From positions 511,114 through 575,113 of the forward strand of contig RHPI01001965.1 of the NCBI GenBank assembly GCA_009103225.1: a stretch of 64,000 nucleotides of DNA. Direction: 5' to 3'. The number at the start of each line of letters is the position of its first letter. Within the stretch, counting starts at the first letter, position 1. Shown here one piece after another: positions 36,703-47,149 of the stretch. Made by a program: the position numbers and the translations under genes. The notes under the pieces are model-generated. The model saw nothing but the letters and a program-made list of their open reading frames with translations. It was not told the origin of the DNA and did not search any database. Source of the stretch: Chlorokybus atmophyticus. Lineage: Eukaryota; Plantae; Mesostigma and Chlorokybus algae.

Positions 36703-37836
36703 TGGGGGACCATCTCATACAGCATCAAATCTTTCTTAGTGATACTGAAGGCTTCCTGCACACATGCTGATGATTGAGGCTCCTCGCGGCACGCCTAACC
36801 CGTTCATATATGCCTATGAAGTACATAGTAGCACAGCTGGGTTCACAAGCACAGCTGCGATGTGGCTTTGGAGAGCCGCATTCACTCGGGATGACACGTG
36901 GGCGATGACTATATTATGCGGTGGTTACGTCGGAGGTTAAAATATCAGCTCAGGAGCCTGATAAGTTTGTATAGTTACAGCCGCATCTTGGCTGCCTACA
37001 GAGATATGCCTGTTAGGAATTAGCTGGTAGATACGGTGTTGTGCAGAGCTATCTGCACAGCAATCGTGAGTAGTTAGCTGCAGTTGCTGCAGCTGAGGGC
37101 CCGCTCTAGTCCTGTTGCCAATAGATTGGGCATTTTGGATTATGTATTGAACAAACTCCCGCATACACCTTATGAAGTGGACTGCAAGCCTATACTGTGT
37201 TGGCCTGCGTGGTGTCTGAGTTGGCTTTGATCATTGCACGCGCCTTGTTGGTACTGACTCAGTTACTTAAATGGTCTGGGCTTGAATGCTGTCATTGTTT
37301 GGCGCTGACAGCATTAGTACGCTGTAGAAATGTGACATTGTCGCGATGCTGGCCGTGCAGTAGTGCAGCAACAAGCACACTGTCAATTTAATTACCATGA
37401 ACAGTGCAGACTTACAATCCTTGGGAGGAGCATACGCAGGGTAAAATGTTTTGGTGCTTTCGTATGCGTGTCACTATTCTGCCGGATTCTCCCTTAATGA
37501 GGGCATACATCATCTAGTGTTGCTGTCGACTGCACTACAACATCTCTCCATTGGTGCCAGCGATTTCCGTATCAATCGTGAATGCAATCTGTGCTGGCAA
37601 GTAAGACATGTTCACAACACATTGTATGACCTTGTAGAGCTGCAGTGGTGGTGACGCTCAGCTGTCCAACCAAACAGCACTGAGGGTTAGCCAGAGCCAG
37701 CACAAGGAACTGATAGAGCGAAGCTGATGTAGTTGCTTTGTACAGGAGCAGCATGGTTGACAGTTTGTTGTTAATATACATATGTAACATGGTGCGGCCT
37801 CTATCCATGCTTCAGCCGCAGCGACTAGTGCGGTTG

Positions 37837-39574
37837 TCAATAGAAGTCCAGCATGACAAACGGAGCTGCTGGCTTATGCTGCCAAACCTGCGTGCAACCC
37901 AACATTTACACAAGTCAGTCCACATGCTACCACACGACTGCATGTACAATCAAGTTTAAACGGTCACACACAAGGACTTACTTTGATGCCAGCCATCTTC
38001 AGCAGCCGCTTTGAGGCAGCATAGATGGGGTCCGGTCCAGCGCCGCCTTCATCTCCGTTTACGTTAGACTTGTCCTCAAAATAGATGATCTCGGCAATGC
38101 CCGCTTGAATCACGAGCTTCGCACACTCGTTGCAAGGGAACATTGTCACATATAACCTCTGGCCGGCAACTGTCGCCTGGTTCTTGTTCAGTATTGCATT
38201 CACCTGTCACAAAAGAGGTTTGAGCCAATGACAACACAGTGTCATGGGAGCGAAGTGCAATCCTTACGTGTACCTCTGCGTGGCACACGTAGGGATACTT
38301 GGTGTTCAGGATATCGCCGTCGTGAGATACTTTAGCCCAAGGCAGCGCGTCATCGGAGCATCCACGAGGAAAGCCATTGTATCCGATGCCAAGTATGATG
38401 TTTTGATTGTTAACGATGCAAGCTCCAACCTGCACAGTCATATGTGTACTGAAGCAAGAAAACGCGGACACATGTCCACGCACACGCACACGCGCAGACG
38501 CAAGCATGCATGCACGCAACGCTCCACCTGTTTGTTGGGGTCTTTACTTCTGCGTGCGCTCAGAAAGGCGATGGCCATGAAGTAGTCGTGCCATGAGAGG
38601 TAGTCTGCGCGCTTGCTTGGATTGTACGGGTCCGGCTTCACGCGGTCGGGAGTGCACTCCGCCCCTCGCCTTCCACTGCCAGCTGGACTGACTTCCACAC
38701 TCTCCATGCCACCATCACTCCCATCCTCATCACAGTTCCCGTTAGATACCTCATCCAGCGCTGTGCGAGTGTCTTTGCAGTAGTCTTCTTGCTCTCCTTC
38801 AGGCACGCTCATCCCGCACAATCGCCGGATGGTTGAGGCGGCGCTGCGGCACGAGCACTTGGACTCCTCCTCGCACACCCCACATGCCGGTGTCAACCTG
38901 TCTGACGCCTTGGACTTGGGTGTCACATCTGCGCCATTGGACATGTGAGAATGAAAGCAACAAGATATGTATTGCAGCATCAAACATTGCTAATGCAGCA
39001 TCTCTCGTGCAAGTTTGACTGCACGAGACCTACACGTAATGCGCGTGCTGTGGCTGCATGGTTGCAATGTTGTATGTTGCTCTTTACAGGTTTAACCTGT
39101 GTGCGTGTTATACGTGCTGCATGCAATGGTTTTGCAACGAAAGCTGCTGCTGATTGGTTATATGTTGACACTCAAGTACACAACCACAACATATCCCCGT
39201 TCAACACAATGTATGACGCCCACGAGCAGCACACACTACACGGAATACGCAAATTGCTTCACAACTCTTAACAGCTGTAAGGCGGTCACACTACTTACTC
39301 CCACCTGTCAAGTCTATGTGCTCGCAGGCCGCGCTCGCGCGCGGTTTGAGGGTTGTAAGTGTCGGCGTGGGGGAAGCTGTAGGGGTTGTGGTTGTTGTGG
39401 TGATTGTTGGCGGCGTCGGCAGGGTTTTGGTTGGCGCGGCCGCCGCCTGCTGCTGGCTCCGTCGCACGGCGGCGACGGTCGCAAAGGCGGCCACGGCAGC
39501 CACTCCCGCAGCTACGCCAGCGGCTACAGCAGCCACAGCGGCCAGTGATGGCGCAGCCCCGCCGCCCACATCCA

Positions 39575-39605
<31 letters not shown>

Positions 39606-39611
39606 CGCCAT
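37837..39611 (-). CDS. DCTD: dCMP deaminase with N-terminal hydrophobic segment
   Basis: [25 protein letters not shown]|VGACIV...[10 protein letters not shown]...YPYVCHAE|VNAILN...[20 protein letters not shown], with Zn-binding HAE and PCxxC motifs. First exon from ATG 39611; last exon [16 protein letters not shown] (stop 37837-37839). Confidence 0.95.
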
Positions 39612-40961
39612 GGTGAAGAAATGCAATGAACGTTGCGGGGTGGCGGGCGTTTTGAACTGTTTGAAAACTAGAAACCTAAAGGTTGGAATTCGATTGTTAC
39701 ACCTCTCGAGGCCTGCTGCTGGGGGTATTGCAAAGTGAACACACAACTCCATGCAGTCTTGATACAGGTGTAAGAAGTGGAGGTGGGTATTCCAAGGGCC
39801 GTGATCAGCTCAAATGCATTAATTTTCACATGAAGACCAAAAGCCAGTTTACGGACATGTAAGATCCAAGAAGCGGAGCAAAAGTGTAGCGTGGGGCTCA
39901 AAATGGCGAGGTGAACAGCTAGATGACCGGATGCAAACAACAATTTCGATTTTCAATAACACTAGTAGTATGCTAATTTAACCACCACGCGTATTTTTCA
40001 TCGTTTCCCCAATGAGAATTGCTTGAGAAAAAATGCATGCTGCAAGGGAAGTTATCCGTCCACTGCCAGCTTACTCGTCATGTGTTGGTATTAATTAGCA
40101 ATGCATATCGAAGCGTACGTCCGTGCTTTATGCGTAATATTATATGATGAAAAATCGACTGCCTTTGAGTTAAAGGCAATTGATGTGACACACTTCTAAG
40201 AGCAAATTCAAAATTATTGTAATTTGCAGTTATAATTGCAAATTGCGATTGCATCATTACATATCGAATTGTAAGTCACATATATTACAATAATGAACTT
40301 ATAATGTGTTTTTAGTGACAATCGCTGCTGTAAAAAACTTGATGTTCGTAAAAAAAGATGCAATGTTTTAATATAATGTGTTACAGGTGAGATTGCATCA
40401 CTTGCTTTTGCATAGCATCTGCATTGCGTTTGTTAGGTGCTTGAATACACACTCAGCTCAGCACATCAAGCCAATAATCATTGATTTTGATTATTAGTGA
40501 TTATTAATGGTTGTATGTACATATTCATAACCTGTACCTGTAGTTGTACAACCCAAATGAGTACTCTGTAAATTGGTATTATATAGAAGTTTATCAACAC
40601 GTTAATATTGTTGGTCTGCAGAGGCCCAAAGCGCACGAATACAGCACCAATGTTGAGATTGTTTGCTACTGCTGTAATAAAAATTAAACATCAGCAAGAG
40701 TGCGAGCATGACATGCATACAAGTACATAAGCAAAACTGAGCGACTGACCAATTAACCCTCTGTCAAGAACTCACACAATGCAAGCAACATGGCATGTCA
40801 ATGTGATAGGGGAGCAAGTTGGTATTGAGCAAGTAAAGGCAGTACCAAGCAAAGCAAGTATGATAGCTAGCTGGGCCCCTCAACAGGTTTGGTACGGGAG
40901 CAGCAAGAGCAGCGCCTCACTTACACAGAAGCGTACATGTAGTACCATCAAATGACAGGGC

Positions 40962-42432
40962 CTACGCAATTGAGGTTGTAACAGCACGTTGAAGACGCTC
41001 GATCATGTTCAGAACACGTTTGCCTTCACCCATCTGCCCCTCCCAATCTCGCCCCATAAAGGTGGTGAGCTTTGAAACTTTTTCTGCCAAAAGGAAGAGA
41101 AAGTTCACGAGTGAGACAATTGCCTCACGAGGGTCCTGATCATAGGTGCCAAAGGAATGCTCCATCAAGTCCTGCTGTGTCATGCGAATAGAAAACTCAG
41201 GAAATATAGAAGGTGATCTATCATCCACTGAAGCTTCCGCAGCTTTGGCAGCTTGAGACTCATCAGGTGCATCATCCAGATTTGGAATATCTTCCATGGG
41301 AATTCCCCCTCACGGGAAGGTTGCTCTTTTTCCGAGCTCTCCCCTTTTTAGGTGGGCACCGAGTTTTCTTCCATTTGTCTGCAAAACAGGCAGAATGGGA
41401 TGGTGAGAACCTCACCAATGGACCAGGTTGAACGAGAGGATCAAAATGACCCCAAGTTGTAAAAGTCCCAAACAGAGTTCAAACCAGTCCCAAAATAGGA
41501 AAGGTTGGATCTGGAGTGTCACCAAACAGAACAAGTCTGAGTGGGACCAGAATGTCCTAACCCTGTGTTGTCCTCAACCAAGTCCCAATCTCCAGGCCGA
41601 AGCCAGAGGGGGAGGGTTTCAGACTAACAAGGTTTGGGAACAGAATTCCCTAGAACCTCCCCACAACTGTTCTAACCAAGTCCCGATCTCCAGGCCGAAG
41701 CCAGAAGGGGAGGGCTTGGGAACAGTTTGGTTTGGAACTTACGGATCCGGGTCAAGCGACCCGGCAAAGCTGCTGGCAGGTCACAGGTACGTCACAGGCA
41801 TGCAACAGGCAAGCCACAGGCATGCAACAGGCAAGCCGTACGGTGACTAATCGTGACATGCACTGGCAAGCACAATGACAAGCAATGACAAGCAATCACC
41901 GCATGCAATGACAAGCAATCACTGCAAGCAATGATAGTGCACTAAGTGTGACAAACAGTGATGGCACATTAGCAAGCCGCAATCACCGCATGCAATGACA
42001 GGCAATCACTGCAAGCAATGATAGTGCACTGGCAAGTCACTGTGTGTAAAACTACACACGTGCACCTGGCAAGCGCCTGGTAAGCAGCTGACAAGCAGGC
42101 AAGCAGGCAAGTCACCGACGTGTGTGATGGTACCTCACACGTGGAGAGGCCGCCTCTTTGATAGGTGGCTTCAACGTGGAGGTAGCGCAGGAAAGCGAAC
42201 TTGAAGCTTGGGCTGCGTGGACGAATAGGAGGCCGCCGCCGACGCCTTCTGATTGGCCAAAAGCAGGTCGCCGCCCCCTATAAGTACCCACGTCACCCCC
42301 CAGCTCCTGGATACCAATGTAACAGCACCACCGTCGCCGGTGATGCCCCTTCAATTCTGTACCCCAACACCCACACCGCCTATGACAAGCCTTTCAACGG
42401 CGTGGCCGCCACTGAGCAGAGAACTGAAAAAA
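40962..42432 (-). mobile_element. 5' remnant of an LTR retrotransposon (truncated LTR, PBS, repeat-rich leader, gag-position ORF)
   Basis: On the minus strand an LTR ends ...GCTGTTACA at 42318 and is followed by TGGTATCCAGGAGC (PBS-like, 42316-42303). The leader has internal tandem duplications (about 98-bp period at 41577-41720; 87-bp period at 41892-42030). The intronless ORF 41297-40962 (MEDIPNLDDAP...) is gag-like by position only. Confidence 0.6.
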
Positions 42433-42960
42433 TGTCACAGCCCACTCGACCACAAAAGACTTGATGCTTTTATGGTCGATTTATGGTAATTTGATGTACC
42501 TTCCCGTTACATTCCCCCCCATTTAAGAACGCTGACGTCCTCGGCAGCTGGCGCTCATCAGCTGGGGAATCTTCCCAGGGGTCTGATTTAGGGTCGGTTA
42601 CCGGCCCCACCACCCAAGGACCGGCCAGTTTAGGCCCATACCGGTCAACGCGCGCATAGCGCTGCCGGCCCCACAGGTCGCGTCGCCGCGATAGGCAGGT
42701 CGCGCCTTGCCGCGCCGACTGAACTGGTCAGTTCGGCGCGACTGCCATTATGCAAGTCGCGACCCATTAATGATGGCACTTATAAAGTGACCATTTACGA
42801 TGTTATTGGATCGAGAAACAACGACCGCGAAATTCGTGTGCAAGGCAGGAATCGAATTCGGGTCTCAAGCTCCGATACCAATGTCACAGCCCACTCGACC
42901 ACAAAAGACTTGGTGCTTTTATGGTCGATTTGTGGTAATGTAATGTACCTTCCTGTTACA
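42433..42960 (-). mobile_element. TRIM (terminal-repeat retrotransposon in miniature), 528 bp
   Basis: Two 79-bp direct repeats (42433-42511, 42882-42960) are bounded by TG...CA and differ at 5 positions. The minus strand has an iMet-type PBS, TGGTATCGGAGC, right after the 5' LTR and a polypurine tract, GGGGGGGAA, right before the 3' LTR. The 370-bp interior is non-coding; no target-site duplication is seen. Confidence 0.9.
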
Positions 42961-43018
42961 GAGGTTGTGTGCAGCCATGCCATGCAAGCTTTCAACCACG
43001 TGCTTCACCTAAATGCAA

Positions 43019-43378
43019 GTGCCCACACGCATGCTTGACTTGCATGTTGTAAACAACACAGCGATGAAACCTCACTCACTGATTATCGGTGTCTTTTAAC
43101 ACTGTTGTGCGTGCAAGTACAAGGCTAGTTGTTGTAATTAAAAATCATAGACATATACAGTGTCAACCACTCTACCTTGCGCGTTCCCGAGCCAGGCGTG
43201 CCCACACGCATGCTTGACTTGCATGTTGTAAACAATACAGCGATGAAACCTCACTCACTGATTGTCGGTATCTTTTAACACTGTTGTGCGTGCAAGTACA
43301 AGGCGAGTTGTTGTAATTGAAAAGCATGGACATCTACAGTGTCAACCACTCTACCTTGCGCATTTCCGAGCCAGGGTG
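43019..43378. repeat. Tandem duplication, 179-bp period, 2 copies
   Basis: gtgcccacacgcatgcttgacttgcatgttgtaaacaa... starts at 43019 and again at 43198; the copies differ by scattered substitutions. Confidence 0.92.
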
Positions 43379-43799
43379 CATACTCTACCGCACGATCCAA
43401 TGACGAAAGCTCCAACGAAGCTACATATATCCATTCCAACAACAACATTTCGGTGACTCTTTTCTTCTCAGCATCCTGCAATAAAACAAACACTCTCAGC
43501 ACATTACGTTCACGTTTTGCATAGGTTGGTTTGAATGCAAGTATGAGTATTGTAGTTCCCAATACGAAGGCACTTACTTGCCACATGGCTCAAGTGTCAT
43601 TCTTGCACCATTTTGCCAAAGCATTAAGTGAGCGCTTGTCACTGCATGCATGTTCTTGTCGCGCGCCAACCAACTCCACACCTCCGCAAGTGCTTAACGA
43701 GCACGATTTTTCTTTTCCAACTGCAGTGCGTTAGGTCACGATGCACTGTCCACAAGATCTCGAATAAAATAAGCTTGTTTCTATACAGCGCAAACATGT

Positions 43800-44060
43800 T
43801 GGACATGTGCATGCTCAGACAGTCATATGCTCACCACATTTGTTTGCAATGCACGCATGCACATGCAGATATCCCCGCGCACACACATGCTTGCTTGCAC
43901 GTGCACACGCGCATGCTCGCGTGCGCGCACACACATATGTGCGCACACGCACACTCTGCATGCACATATACCAACACGCAATAACTCTGACGCACGCACA
44001 CACACACGCATGCACGCATGCATGCGGGTGTGCGTGTCCACTCACTCATTCACTCAGCGT
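43800..44060. repeat. Alternating purine-pyrimidine (CA/CG/TG) low-complexity tract
   Basis: gcacacacatgcttgcttgcacgtgcacacgcgcatg-type sequence, yielding H/T/A/R/C/M-rich spurious ORFs. Confidence 0.8.
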
Positions 44061-44287
44061 GCATAATCTACTCTCCTTTTAAGTTCACACTTGGTCCTTA
44101 ATAAACAAATACTTATATGGCAAAGATGTTTACCTCCATATAAGTATACATTTAATATATACAAGTATTTAAATGTATATAACATACTTACAATCAGAAT
44201 AAGTGCATAATAAATAATAGAAGTATACCGCATCTTTCTTTGTAAGCATAGGGGTACTTATAGTGAACCACACGGTGTCACGCAGCA

Positions 44288-44478
44288 GTGTAATGCTGCG
44301 GCGTCGCGCAACAGCATTACACAATGACTTTGTGACAATGCTGCGCAACGTGACCCTCCTTGTAGATATACTCTCTGCTAAACTTGCAGGTTTTTCATGA
44401 AAATAGTCTAGGTTTACATGCATATAAGTATTCCTTACAACCAACAGTATTTGAGAGGAAACCATCGGTTCCCTCTCA
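44288..44478. other. Two stem-loops in AT-rich intergenic DNA
   Basis: GTGTAATGCTG(44288-44298)...CAGCATTACAC(44312-44322) is a perfect 11-bp stem. TGAGAGGAAACC-ATC-GGTTCCCTCTCA (44452-44478) is a 12-bp stem with one mismatch. Confidence 0.6.
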
Positions 44479-45018
44479 GTATATGTTTACAAAGCATTTA
44501 TGATTACAACACGATACTTATAGCCCGAGTAGACTGTAGCTGCAGACATGCAAACGCGGCTGTGCTGAATATACACTAGGTGGACAAATGTATACACACA
44601 AGCACATAAACACACACGCATGCTGAAGGCACAAACATGGACACGTGAGTGCTTGTTGTTGTGCATATGCATATTTATTACGTACTTGCGCACACGCCGG
44701 CATAGTAGCACACCCCTGTTGTACACCACTTATCGGCCATTCCATGTATCAAGAAAGTTGCGCTGGCCAACAGCGTTGTCGCTCATACAAAAAATATTTG
44801 CTTGCCCTCATTTTGCCGTGAGCTTTGGAATAGGCAAATTTTCCTTGGAAACTCTTGTACTTACTCACGCCAAGTATCTACACAATGCACACGCAACTCC
44901 ACTGTTCATTCGACAACTTACCTATGTGGAATGCCATGCCACATACCTATCACTGTTGTGGCATCTCAGCTAAATAGATACAGGTCTTGCTCACGATTGG
45001 TTGCAATTTTTTGCTGCT

Positions 45019-46041
45019 TTAAAGCAGCACATGGCAACGGGTCATGTTGTGCACTTGGCGCGGGCATGCTCTACACTGCATCTCACACACAAAGTTGTTG
45101 TGCATGTGTGGACCGCATCAACGTGTCAATCAAGAAACCTGATGTTGATGCTTCCATTCTTCCGAAGCGATGACCGCTTGCTTGTAAGCTTGCATGCACC
45201 GTGGTGTAAACTCAAAGGCTATGATGGGTTGTGTGTCAAGTGCAATTTGCTGAACATACCTGAACTTTTGCCACGGTATGTACAGTAAGGTGTCGGCACC
45301 GCTCCACTGCATTGTCCACAAAAGCGTATCTTGTCTATCATCTATCCAATCGGAGTAAACATATATAGGTCTTTGGAGACCAATGTGCATGCATGTCAAT
45401 TGGTATATAGCATAAGAAGTCGATACTCGCGCTTACTTCTGTCGTCATGAAGCGACGCAAGGTAGTGACAATCTCTGTCTGACTTTCCTCAAGCTGCTTT
45501 ATCATGCGCTCCATTTCTGTCACTTGACGCTCAGCAATAGACGTAGGCACCATGTTGGCCTCATGTATCCTCCCTCCATCTTCCACTTTTGTAAAATATG
45601 TTGCGTGCCCACTGTTATCAGATGTGCAATGACCGCGACACACAGCACATTGATTACGCCAACATGTGAGTCACTTACCTGTTCGTTGCCGCTTTTGCTG
45701 ATTTGGCGGCATCGCACGCTGTTCAGGGAAGCCTTGTGGCCGTGTCGTACAGAGCAATTGCTTGTGTACAATATATATAGGATGCAGAGATTGTGGCATG
45801 TATCACAATGTGAGGCATGCATTGCACACCACACACAACAGCACACAACACTGACATTCACCACCGGGTGCTCTTCCTACTTACTATCTACCTAACTTCA
45901 CTACTAGCCCAAACCCCGTTAGACAAGCATGCATGCACGCGCATCACCTGCACCACGGCCGTTTGTTAGCGGCTCCATCATCCAGCAGGCAGCAGCAGCA
46001 GCGTCAGCTGACTCAACGGACTCCCCCTCCTCCGCCCACAT
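45019..46041 (-). CDS. Hypothetical orphan protein with a short coiled-coil
   Basis: Exons 46041-45948, 45732-45679 and 45585-45437 join in frame via GT-AG sites: MWAEEGESVESADAAAAACWMMEPLTNGRGAGFPEQRAMPPNQQKRQRTVEDGG...ERQVTEMERMIKQLEESQTEIVTTLRRFMTTE. The 3' exons are tentative. A telo-box lies 50 nt upstream. Confidence 0.4.
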
Positions 46042-46091
46042 CACCGCCGCCACCCACTACAGCGTCGTCCCTGCTCAACGCGACTGCGTCG

Positions 46092-46100
46092 TTAGGGTTT
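46092..46100 (-). promoter_or_regulatory. Telo-box (AAACCCTAA)
   Basis: Exact match 50 nt upstream of the putative ATG at 46041. Confidence 0.5.
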
Positions 46101-47149
46101 GCGCCCATCGGCGCGCAGCATGCATATGCACAGCACGCCGCACTCCCTGTCGCAGTGCCGTTGCTGTGTGCGCCTACTTCGTGTGCTAAGCATTGCACAT
46201 GGATGTCAGTCTATGCCTGCATGCATTGCTTTATACGTGCGTTGTGTCTGTGCATGAGTGTGCGCGTCTCTGTGTGCTGGTATGTCTACTTAATATGTGT
46301 GTGTCTCTCTGTCTGTTTGAGTTGAACGTGCGTGTGTGTATGCGATTTTTGTATTTTACGTTTGACTTGTGCGTGCGTTTGTGTATGCCATTCTGTGTGT
46401 TTCAGTGTGTCCGTGTGTGGGTGGGTGCATGTGTGAGTGCGCAGTGCTGCCGCTGAATGTCTCTGGCTGCTAGCATGCGCCCTCAACCACAGCTACCCGA
46501 CGCCATCACCCTAGCTCATCCGCAAGCAGGCGGCGCACGCCAGCTGCTGCTGGCCGTCGCCCACTCTGACCAGTAACAACAACCAGCAGCTTATAGGAAT
46601 ATATGAAAAACAACTTGTGTGTGTAGTGTATGTCATGAACCCGAGCCCGACCTTGCCAACATTCACATTGTCAGGTTCGTCATACGGGTTGTGAACAAAT
46701 GACACACTACTCAGTTGTTGGAAGGTTCAATTCAAGAGACATCAACAAGCTGGGATGAAAATGTTTTGAATGAAGTCTCTGCTCAATGCCATTCGCATAC
46801 GTGGTGATGACAGTTTTATGTCAGTCAATTGCTGCAGATATGCCGTACCAGTTATGTAGAAAAGTGGAGACCATGTCGCACAGGAGTCTTCTGACTGCTC
46901 AACTATTTGCGTGTGAATTATCATTCATATCAAAGAGCACTCCTTGACATCACAATACAATGCATTGCGCCAAACAAAGGTCAGAGCCTTCACCTAGATT
47001 ATCTAAACATAATGTGGCAAAGTTAAGATAACCCACACGGGTGAGGTTGTCATCATTGCGCAATGGTGCAGACTTTAACAATGGAGGCAAACCACATGTA
47101 ATGCACGCATGCATTCCAAGCAAGCCGAAATCAACCCGCGCTACCGCAA

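Noticed and set aside
17665-39611. HD nucleotidase plus dCMP deaminase as a dNTP-metabolism cluster
   Set aside because: They are 18 kb apart with unrelated housekeeping genes between; chance is sufficient.
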